A DNA stretch of 64,000 bases, from positions 1-64,000 of IMG/VR virus record IMGVR_UViG_3300010883_000001; one strand, given 5' to 3'. The notes under the pieces were generated by a model, which was not told the DNA's origin, ran no database searches, and saw only the letters and a program-made list of their open reading frames with translations. Source of the stretch: a virus. This document shows, piece after piece, positions 1 to 8,889 of the stretch (the first letter of the stretch is position 1; the number at the start of each line of letters is the position of its first letter). The translations under genes and the position numbers were made by a program.

Positions 1-3000
1 AAGATAATTGTCGAAATTATGATAGCGTGTGCCTCAACATTATATTCACACTATCCATCATTGGCAGGTTCTACATCTGATATAATGTCCGGCCGGGCAA
101 GGCTCGGGTTACCTGGTCAGCTCCACGGCGCGACTCGTGGTGGCAAAAATGATACACTCGGCGTCGGCGTGCACTTTCGACGTATCGTTCATAATTTTAC
201 CGGTGAAGGAAGTAATGGAGATATAGGGTATGTGATGCCGGTATGTTCGGGATTTGTTGGCGATTCACTCCGTGCGCGCCCATTACGAGATTTCGTGAAT
301 AGCTATAGGTATCGCAAGTATCAACCTCGACATCCTCTAGCAAGGTGTGAAATATTATTATCGGCATTTGCACAAACGCTTAATTTATCATCGGCAACAG
401 CAAGGTTGTCACAGACGTCGGTGGGTATGAAGCATGGTGTCATGACCAACCAACCTCTTAAGCAAGTATTTGGTAAGGGATTGATGAATCAATTTGAGTA
501 CCACAAAAATAAGTGGATACGAAAAGAGATGAGGAAAAAATATAATGCCCATCGTGCACATACCCCGGGTAGTTCCCGCCGCGGCGATACTAATTTACAG
601 GTTGGAAGACAGACCATTCTTGATCAGTTGTTCGCCGTTATGGGTGGCGGCAGCAGTGACCATGGCCGTCAAGGGCAAGGTAATCCACCAATTGTACACA
701 TGTTTGAGACGCCAGGAACAATAAACAGGTCGACCTTTGATTCCGCCGATGCCAGGTCTGATTATACTGCAACAACCGCCTTTATAGAGGCACCAATGCG
801 ATTGTTTGACATGATAGATGATCGTGGTCATGATACATCTTCAACTAAAAAAATTCACGAGATTTTCTTTAATGAGCTTGAAGACATGAAAGAAACAAAT
901 GCTCAGGCCTTCGAGTATATTGAACAATTATTTAATTTCGCAGAAAAGACCGGTCTTCCTAATATTGACACAGTTGAATTGCTAGATGATGTGTTAGAGA
1001 TTGTCGAGTTTTGTGCGGGATCAATGGCGAGAGAGGGTGGTATAGGCATTGGCAAAAACTCCAGTACACTCGCCACATTACGAGACAGTAGTACTAGAGT
1101 TAAGAAACTTAGGGATGTGAATCGGGCAACAGCATCTAATAACAGCAATACTGCTATAATGTTTGAGATAGCGTTATTATGTCTGGCAAATACATGTGTC
1201 TTACCGCCGGGCGCCTTGTCCGGAGATACACATTCAAGTTCAAGATATGGTACCATTTTCACCGGATTGATAGTTACCGGGGGTAATATTCCTCAGTTTT
1301 CATTAGACTATATGTTGCTAGCAGCGCTTTTATTAGGGGGCTTTTCAGTAGAATTTGAAGGATATGGCGCCACGGCATTAGAATCAGTGGATGAGACCTT
1401 GGCTGCTGGTAACCGTGGTCACCTATACGGAAATGCCAATGTTGGTGCCGTCCAGGGTGAGGGTTCACTCACATATGTTAATGCTGAGGGTGACGAGAAT
1501 ACAAGAGATCAAGCTAGGTCTTTATCCAGGCAGTCCGGAAGAAGTAGGAGAAGATATATTGGTGGCACCGGAGGGGTGGCACAAGGTGATTCAGTATTCC
1601 GCAGAGACTATTCAGGGTATTCATCCCCATCACCGGGAAGCGAAGATGTTACCGATTATGTCCCCTCACCGATCGGTCATGAGTTAATCGTAGCACAGGG
1701 CACGAGTCTTGCTGCCGTTCGCCAGGATCTTAGAAACAAGTCTAATTCTTTTATGGAAAAAGTTAGTTTAGTGGGCCAGGTTCAACAAGGTGCTGATAGA
1801 TTCTCACTAGAGGGTGGCGCGACAGTTGACAATGCCAGAACCGCCGCGGCCCGGGCCAATCCGGACCTAGGTATGGGTGGTAATAGTAGTATTGTTGAAC
1901 AGGAAGTGAGTAATCGACTTACCAATGCTGTTGAGGGCGGCCCTACATCACCATACACTACGCAAGCTCAAGCCGCAGCATATTTTCTATCACGACAACC
2001 TGGTGATATTGGTTCTGATTTTAGTGTTGAGGCATCCGGTAACGTTGCGTGGTCATCATTTTTAGTATTGGCCGGCCTAATGCCTATGCCACTCTATCAA
2101 GAAGGTATGTATACTGATGATGAAGGTGATCATGTTAACCCTATTAAAAAAGAATTTGATAAGGTAACAGTAATAAAGAAATTAATTTCTATGTATAGTA
2201 CGTCAGCACTACAGGAAAACAATACAGTATTTGAAAAAATATTTAGTCTAGTTAGAAAATTTCAACGAAAGGCATTTGATCTTGCTGGTGGCACACAATA
2301 TTTTTCTATGGACGGAAAGACATTTGCTGGTGATATGCGTGATATGGAAATGCATTTATGCATATTGACGGTGATTGCCGGTCTGATTGACACATGTGTA
2401 CATGTTAGGATGTCATCACAGCCAATATTGGATCAGAGAAATTTAACAGCCGCCAGCTCAGTTAGCGACTGGACAGGTGGGGCCGATACAGTTTTTCGTA
2501 ATTTTCTTGATGGAAATGATGGCGTCTCACAGAATATGGTGGATAATGCGCACTTTGATCCGGACGCATGCCGTAAGTCGATGGATTTAATTCGCGCAAT
2601 AAGATCTAGTCTTCGTAGTGAAAATATAGGCGTTGATCTTTTCGGTCCGGATGGTATGAATGATATTGCCGTACAAGGTGTGAATAAGGATACGCCTATA
2701 GGCATTTTTGGTGTAAAGGCGGGTGAGTTTACAGATACAGCACTTAAGTTACAGATGCAATCTCAGATGACCATTTTCATCCCCGCATTGCTCAAAGCAG
2801 TGATAGAAATATATATAGAGTCGGCCGAGGCGGCAATATCATTACAAAGAGATATTCATATCGTTGCACACGGTGGTGATCCAACTGGTGAACACTCTGA
2901 AATATTTACGTTGGCAATGAGAAGATTATTACAGAAACCACTTGGGCGTATTGCACTTAAGAATTTATCATACTCACAGGCTCGTGTTGCGAGGATGAAA

Positions 3001-4494
3001 TTGCTCAGGGATTCTCCTTTAAATTCCTCATCCGGGCTTGAAACACATTCAGTAATTGGACAAAGTGAAAAATTATTTTTATTATCTGTAGTCGATGAAT
3101 TATTCCCACGCGGTGGTGATAGTACAATTATTACGATAGGGATCGAGAAGGGTACACTACGTGCCATGGAAGAAAATCAGTTAGGTGATAGATCTGGATC
3201 TGGTACTAGCGATATACAGTTTTATTTAGAGCTTGGATCAGAGTTTATGAAAGACAATCTTCCATCGCGACTAATTGCTGATAGCGCCTCTACTGGCCAA
3301 AATGCGCGCTACCATGACAGCCGGTACCGTTGGCAGACAATTCATGCTTATAACTCTGATCTGTCACAAATTCTTGAGATTAGAAAAATACAAAAACATT
3401 TACATTATGGTAGTGATCATGAAGAGATCAGTCTTGAGTCTGCATCAATTGATAATAGGTTTGTCTATAAGTTTAATACCAATATTTTCGTGACGCCATT
3501 AAGCTTTTATGATGTTAGGCCTAGCGAGGGAGATCCGGAAAGTATAATTCCAGGCTTTTGGCAGAATGAAGATGATCAGGTTTTGACTGATGAAAATATT
3601 GGTAATAATGGTCATGGCGGCCGTAGCTTACGTGATTGGGCACACAGAATAAAGTTTTGTGAAATAAATAGAAATGGGCAACCGGAGTATGCATTCGGTG
3701 ATGATTTGAAGTGGGTGAATCATATTGCTGGAGGTGCAGGCCAGGCTGACCAAGATAACCCAGCCCCCGGACTCCCTTCTAGTGAAGGTATACAATTGCT
3801 ACCTGGGCACTCTGAATATATCCTTACAACGATGGTACCTATTTTAAAAAGCTACGCAATCGGCCGGTTAATATCATTAATAGCAGGACTAGATTTTGAT
3901 TCATATGAGTATGAATGTATAGATCATACAGTAAAAGGCGAAGAAACTCGTGATTATATGGGCCCAGTTTTTGATGGGTTTGCGATGGGTATTTTAAGGG
4001 GATTATTATCACGTACAAAACTAACGTCCGGAATTCCTGACGCTGAAAAATTAATATTTTTTATCGATAACTTATTAGAGCCAATTGAAAACAATCCTGG
4101 GGTATTAAAGATAAAGACTCCGGCAAATAATGAAAATGAAATATCTGGTCTAGCCGCTGCTCTCAAATTTAGAGCGGCAAACATTGTAAATGCTGAAACC
4201 GGTGAAGTGGTTGGTCGAACGTTTATACAGGAAATTAAACAAGTTCATGCTCAAATAATGATGGCATTATCTAGGAGTATATTTCTAAACACGCTAGGAA
4301 GAGAAGAGGTATCATTAGCACCTTGTAGGTATGATAGAATATTTCATGTTGTAGTCCCTGGTCCAGCAATGATAAAGGTAACACTTTTAGAGAAAGAAAT
4401 GATGAAACAGAATTATTCAGAAGCAATCAATTTTGGTGACACGTTTAATGGCAATGATCTTAGATATTGCGTAAAATTAATTCGAGATCAGTAA
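1..4494 (+). CDS. Large hypothetical virion-associated protein, 5'-truncated by the window edge (>1491 aa)
   Basis: The frame is open from base 1 (KIIVEI-M...) and the ORF track starts at 19. No recognisable motif. It lies upstream of FN3, LamG and baseplate-type genes. Confidence 0.6.
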   Translation, partial: KIIVEIMIACASTLYSHYPSLAGSTSDIMSGRARLGLPGQLHGATRGGKNDTLGVGVHFRRIVHNFTGEGSNGDIGYVMPVCSGFVGDSLRARPLRDFVNSYRYRKYQPRHPLARCEILLSAFAQTLNLSSATARLSQTSVGMKHGVMTNQPLKQVFGKGLMNQFEYHKNKWIRKEMRKKYNAHRAHTPGSSRRGDTNLQVGRQTILDQLFAVMGGGSSDHGRQGQGNPPIVHMFETPGTINRSTFDSADARSDYTATTAFIEAPMRLFDMIDDRGHDTSSTKKIHEIFFNELEDMKETNAQAFEYIEQLFNFAEKTGLPNIDTVELLDDVLEIVEFCAGSMAREGGIGIGKNSSTLATLRDSSTRVKKLRDVNRATASNNSNTAIMFEIALLCLANTCVLPPGALSGDTHSSSRYGTIFTGLIVTGGNIPQFSLDYMLLAALLLGGFSVEFEGYGATALESVDETLAAGNRGHLYGNANVGAVQGEGSLTYVNAEGDENTRDQARSLSRQSGRSRRRYIGGTGGVAQGDSVFRRDYSGYSSPSPGSEDVTDYVPSPIGHELIVAQGTSLAAVRQDLRNKSNSFMEKVSLVGQVQQGADRFSLEGGATVDNARTAAARANPDLGMGGNSSIVEQEVSNRLTNAVEGGPTSPYTTQAQAAAYFLSRQPGDIGSDFSVEASGNVAWSSFLVLAGLMPMPLYQEGMYTDDEGDHVNPIKKEFDKVTVIKKLISMYSTSALQENNTVFEKIFSLVRKFQRKAFDLAGGTQYFSMDGKTFAGDMRDMEMHLCILTVIAGLIDTCVHVRMSSQPILDQRNLTAASSVSDWTGGADTVFRNFLDGNDGVSQNMVDNAHFDPDACRKSMDLIRAIRSSLRSENIGVDLFGPDGMNDIAVQGVNKDTPIGIFGVKAGEFTDTALKLQMQSQMTIFIPALLKAVIEIYIESAEAAISLQRDIHIVAHGGDPTGEHSEIFTLAMRRLLQKPLGRIALKNLSYSQARVARMKLLRDSPLNSSSGLETHSVIGQSEKLFLLSVVDELFPRGGDSTIITIGIEKGTLRAMEENQLGDRSGSGTSDIQFYLELGSEFMKDNLPSRLIADSASTGQNARYHDSRYRWQTIHAYNSDLSQILEIRKIQKHLHYGSDHEEISLESASIDNRFVYKFNTNIFVTPLSFYDVRPSEGDPESIIPGFWQNEDDQVLTDENIGNNGHGGRSLRDWAHRIKFCEINRNGQPEYAFGDDLKWVNHIAGGAGQADQDNPAPGLPSSEGIQLLPGHSEYILTTMVPILKSYAIGRLISLIAGLDFDSYEYECIDHTVKGEETRDYMGPVFDGFAMGILRGLLSRTKLTSGIPDAEKLIFFIDNLLEPIENNPGVLKIKTPANNENEISGLAAALKFRAANIVNAETGEVVGRTFIQEIKQVHAQIMMALSRSIFLNTLGREEVSLAPCRYDRIFHVVVPGPAMIKVTLLEKEMMKQNYSEAINFGDTFNGNDLRYCVKLIRDQ

Positions 4495-4532
4495 TGATTA
4501 TTAAAACATGAGAATATATTGGAGTATTTTAT

Positions 4533-6743
4533 ATGTCAAATGAGACGATAATATTCGACGTAGAAGACCCTATAATACCACCACAGATAACATTCGTGTA
4601 TAACTACTACGTTACCGATGAGAAAAAATCATTAGAGTCTATGGCTAGCCCTGGTACATTCATTGTAGACAATGGGGGATTAAATAACGAGAACCGATTC
4701 GCAGATGGGGCATTACCACCTAGGTTTGTTCGTATTAGATTTAAGTTCTGCCGCGGCCCACATCAAGCAGTAGTAAGAAATCAAGGAAATAATATATTCA
4801 TGAATTTCGAAACCGGTGCTATGATGACAACAAAGGAGATATTACGAGATTTTGATATACGACTACCAGAGACCGCCCTTAATTCTGGTCGTTCAAATCC
4901 GGTGAGATTTCAAGGTCTTTTAAATAAGAACAAATATGGCGCCGCATCCCAACCCCAGATTAAAACAGAAGGTGAGATATTGTCACCAATAATGTCAGCA
5001 AATTCTGTCTCAAAAGATAATAGGCGATTAATCTTAAGATTACAAGATTTAATTAAGGATTTGCATATGGATATGCTAGACGGTGAGTATGACGAGACTT
5101 CATATTCATCATCGTCTGATATGGCTGATTTTATATCTAATAATACCGGTACGGACATTGATTCATATACAATAAAATCTATATTATCTGATTTTAACTC
5201 TGGAGGAATAGAGCTAGAGAGGGAGTCAAGCTCCCAAAGAATGTCAAGAGAAATCTCTGACAACCCTTCAAATTCAAAGGTTGTAGGCGTAGTTGATAAT
5301 AGAGTTATTCGTGATATGAATAATAGGCCAGTGCGTATGAATATAGATAAAAAACACCAGCTTGATATTATGAACATATCTGTTAAGTGTGTTGGTGCAT
5401 TGAGTCCAATTACATATGATCATAATTATTTTTTAGCTTGTAAAGAAGCACAGAATGATGCAGCGTCGTTATCACCTCTAAGTGCTGCAAGGTTTGGTTC
5501 ACTAGCAGATCAGATGATGACTAGTGCAATAATCTATGAACCACCGTATAATGAAAACAGTGGTGGTGCACTCATAAATATAACGGAAGACTTTAACCTA
5601 AATGATTTATCACAAATTGTCTTGGTAGGTCATGTAGTAGAGAAGTTTAGAATAGAGAGCGGAGGTAAGAAAGTACCTGTAGAATCTTTATTATTTATGA
5701 ATGATTATGATGTTCATGAGGCTGCCAATCGACCTGAGATAATTTTTAATGATACGAAGGTTAGGTACGGTGATAAATACTCATATCAATCTAGGTATTT
5801 ATATTGTGTTAGAATTTTAGATGTTGACATAAATGATGCAGCCAGTGGAAAAACCACATTAAAGAGTTTTCTCGTTATGTCTAGAGAATCAGAAGATGCG
5901 ATTGTAGCATGTGAAGAGTTTACCCCGCCACCTCCCCCAACAGTAATGAGATTTCGTTTTGACTATACAAATGAACGGGGATTGATAATGTTCTGGCAAA
6001 TACCTCGTAATAACCAGGAAGATATTGTAAAGTACCAAATATTCAGAAGAAAGACTATCTTTGAACCATTTGAGTTAATTAGGGAAGTAAACTTTGATAA
6101 ATCAATAATAAAGACGCCCTCCATGGAATATGTTAGGGATGATCTTATCTCATATCATGATCGTCATACGGTTTTATTCAAGGATGAGGATTATACTCGT
6201 AATGATAAATACATATATGCAGTCTGTTCAATAGATGCACATGGGTTTACTAGCAATTATAGTCCACAGACGGAGATTAGTTTTGACAGGGATAATAATA
6301 AGCTTTCTAGAAAGACGATATCAAATATTCCTTGCCCCAAACAGTATCCTAATCTGTATATTAATCCAACGGACGCCGGCGTTGCTTCTTCACCAAGGAT
6401 AACTGAAGATGTTATGAAAATATCGGGATTCGATACAATGAGAATATATTTTGACCCTGAATATGTTTTTCTAGACAGTGGTGACGGTCGACAATTAAGA
6501 GATCGACAATTAATTGCATTTGCACCGGGTACTACATCTGAGCTAGCAGCAACAACAAATATTGGGAATTATAAATTCCAGATAATTAATACTGACAGAC
6601 AGAAAGTAAAAAACATTACTATGAAAATAGGTGTTGATGAGGATAATAACCTTGGAGGCGTTTCAGGGCGTATATTAAGTGCTAGACGCGCGTTTGATAC
6701 TGAACTGAACGACAGTCCGGGAGGTAATAGCACAAGAGCTTAG
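4533..6743 (+). CDS. Virion structural protein with fibronectin type III-like domain(s)
   Basis: PPPPPT...LIMFWQIP...KYQIFRR...FKDEDY...KYIYAVCSIDAHGFTSNYS fits the FN3 pattern. An earlier FNDTKVRYGDKYSY segment may be a second repeat. GGAG RBS upstream. Confidence 0.6.
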   Translation: MSNETIIFDVEDPIIPPQITFVYNYYVTDEKKSLESMASPGTFIVDNGGLNNENRFADGALPPRFVRIRFKFCRGPHQAVVRNQGNNIFMNFETGAMMTTKEILRDFDIRLPETALNSGRSNPVRFQGLLNKNKYGAASQPQIKTEGEILSPIMSANSVSKDNRRLILRLQDLIKDLHMDMLDGEYDETSYSSSSDMADFISNNTGTDIDSYTIKSILSDFNSGGIELERESSSQRMSREISDNPSNSKVVGVVDNRVIRDMNNRPVRMNIDKKHQLDIMNISVKCVGALSPITYDHNYFLACKEAQNDAASLSPLSAARFGSLADQMMTSAIIYEPPYNENSGGALINITEDFNLNDLSQIVLVGHVVEKFRIESGGKKVPVESLLFMNDYDVHEAANRPEIIFNDTKVRYGDKYSYQSRYLYCVRILDVDINDAASGKTTLKSFLVMSRESEDAIVACEEFTPPPPPTVMRFRFDYTNERGLIMFWQIPRNNQEDIVKYQIFRRKTIFEPFELIREVNFDKSIIKTPSMEYVRDDLISYHDRHTVLFKDEDYTRNDKYIYAVCSIDAHGFTSNYSPQTEISFDRDNNKLSRKTISNIPCPKQYPNLYINPTDAGVASSPRITEDVMKISGFDTMRIYFDPEYVFLDSGDGRQLRDRQLIAFAPGTTSELAATTNIGNYKFQIINTDRQKVKNITMKIGVDEDNNLGGVSGRILSARRAFDTELNDSPGGNSTRA

Positions 6744-6892
6744 TTTATTCTTAAATTAATTAATTAATTCTGGTGATTCTTTAGGTACAAATTTGATTAC
6801 CTAAATATTTAGTCCATGATATTTTACTGTTTGTGATGCATTTTTATGTTTAATATGCATTTAGTTTATTTTAATACGTTAAGGAAATTTGT

Positions 6893-7603
6893 ATGGGTTT
6901 TTTAGATCATTCTACAAATAATGTTATAGTCGATGCTGTTTTAACTGACGAGGGCCGAAGACTTTTGGCTACACAGGGTACTTTGACACCCACAAAATTT
7001 GCCCTGGCAGATGATGAAGTTGACTATACATTAATAAAAAAATTCGGAAGACAGGTCGGAAAAGAGAAAATAATCAAAAATACACCTGTTTTTGAAGCTA
7101 CCACCAATGGTTTTCTTGGCTTAAAATATAAGCTTGTGACAACCAGCATAGCAACCGCAACAATTACTCGGCTTCCGATACTAACATTTTCCGGAGGTGA
7201 TGTTGTAGGTTCAACGTTAACATTTACAGCAGGTACTGATGTAACAAAGCAATTAAATTTTATTCAGAAGATGGTCGAAGAAAATCGAACAATCCCTACC
7301 GGTCTTCAAGATGCTTTATATACAGTTGTACTTCCTGGAAAATTTGTGACAATTACAGGTCAAACACCAGACGGTCGTGATCCAGCTACTGGCCAGTCGT
7401 TCTATACAAAGACGTCTAGCACTAATTCATCAAACTTTCAACTGCAATTGATTCGAACACCAACGGCAGCTGAGTTTAATGAGTTTGGATCTGAGACAAA
7501 CAAAAATATAATTCGCGGTACCGGCGCGGTAATAGGTGAAATGTCTGGGTTTGTACTTCAGTTTTCTATTCGGATTAAGAAAGATAACACTGTTTCTGAT
7601 TAA
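6893..7603 (+). CDS. Putative baseplate/tail-collar structural protein
   Basis: N-terminal VDAVLTDEGRRLLA...TKFALADDEVDY resembles the N-terminus of tail-collar/baseplate-wedge proteins. AAGGA RBS. Confidence 0.5.
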   Translation: MGFLDHSTNNVIVDAVLTDEGRRLLATQGTLTPTKFALADDEVDYTLIKKFGRQVGKEKIIKNTPVFEATTNGFLGLKYKLVTTSIATATITRLPILTFSGGDVVGSTLTFTAGTDVTKQLNFIQKMVEENRTIPTGLQDALYTVVLPGKFVTITGQTPDGRDPATGQSFYTKTSSTNSSNFQLQLIRTPTAAEFNEFGSETNKNIIRGTGAVIGEMSGFVLQFSIRIKKDNTVSD

Positions 7604-7632
7604 GGCAGTTAGTTTATTTGGGGTTTTAGATT

Positions 7633-8877
7633 ATGAGTTATAAGGATTTAAGCGGACAGACTGATATAAAGACACGTAGATCGATATTGAATCAATTAGT
7701 TGATGTCGTTCAAGAAGATATATCAGGTTCTGCTACAAGAAGAAAATACCAAGTTTTTGTTACGGGAGGTGTAGGCCCGGGTGTAACATCATCATTATTC
7801 CAGACGGTCTATGATACTGATCATACACTTTCAACAGCAAATTCTATATTTGATTTGACCCTAGGCGTTTCAACAGGATCATCCGCCGTGATTGTATCAC
7901 AGACGGATGTCGATGCTGCTGGGAAAAGATTATTTCCCTCGAATAGTTTAATGATGCGTGAAAAGATTGATAATTATCGACAATACGCCAAAGCCTTATT
8001 AGGCTCATCTGATACCATCTTTACAACTCCGGTTGGGTCCTCCACGACGGCAGATCAAACGCACGAGGCAATATTCATATCATTCAAACGCTTATTTTCC
8101 CGTGATAAGATCAAGAAAGAAACCTTCGCAATGAGGATGTATAGATCAGCATCTATCCAGCCTTTCCCTTACTCTGCAAATAATGGATCAAATATAGGGC
8201 ACTTAGTAACAGGCTCAGGCCAGGGGCCAGTTATAATAACTGATATAGGCGCTGCGACAAATACTGAGGTTGTTTTTGGTGGTGAGGTTGCGTCATTGGT
8301 TAATGCAGCCAATACAACTGAGAATTTGGGACTGATATTTTATGATCATGGAACCATCGTCTTAGATGCTGCCAAGATAATAAGCGGATCACAATTTGTT
8401 TCAGGTGTAATCGATGCCGTCGCCAATGTGACCAAAGGAGTAATAACGACGGGGCAAAGTATAATAGGAAACACATATTATAACAGTGCTGCAGCTAGGA
8501 CAAAATTTATACCTGACTTCTTTGTGTCTGCTTCTATAGATAATATCGTAGATCATTTTGCTCGTGATAGATTTGGCAGTACAACCTCAACGGCATTCAC
8601 ATTTCAAAATGAGACAAGAATACATTCACAATTAATTTTTTGTCGCGCGGACGCTGACAGCTTTAACTTTTCTGCAAACCCAACTTTCGCAGACGCCAAT
8701 GGCAGGATCAACTGTATAGAGACAGGGCAAGAGGGTAACCAGAGATCATTTACGTTTCCGACAACAATTGGTCTTTACAATAATGATTTGACCTTACTAG
8801 CCGTCGCTAAGTTGTCGCGACCGGTAGAAAAAAATGATGAGCGTGATATTACGTTTAGGGTCAGGCTAGACTTTTAA
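7633..8877 (+). CDS. Putative baseplate/tail-fibre attachment protein
   Basis: C-terminal TTIGLYNNDLTLLAVAKLSRPVEK...RVRLDF resembles the tail-collar fibre fold and is paralogous to the C-terminus of the next gene. Confidence 0.55.
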   Translation: MSYKDLSGQTDIKTRRSILNQLVDVVQEDISGSATRRKYQVFVTGGVGPGVTSSLFQTVYDTDHTLSTANSIFDLTLGVSTGSSAVIVSQTDVDAAGKRLFPSNSLMMREKIDNYRQYAKALLGSSDTIFTTPVGSSTTADQTHEAIFISFKRLFSRDKIKKETFAMRMYRSASIQPFPYSANNGSNIGHLVTGSGQGPVIITDIGAATNTEVVFGGEVASLVNAANTTENLGLIFYDHGTIVLDAAKIISGSQFVSGVIDAVANVTKGVITTGQSIIGNTYYNSAAARTKFIPDFFVSASIDNIVDHFARDRFGSTTSTAFTFQNETRIHSQLIFCRADADSFNFSANPTFADANGRINCIETGQEGNQRSFTFPTTIGLYNNDLTLLAVAKLSRPVEKNDERDITFRVRLDF

Positions 8878-8889
8878 AGATGGGAAGAA

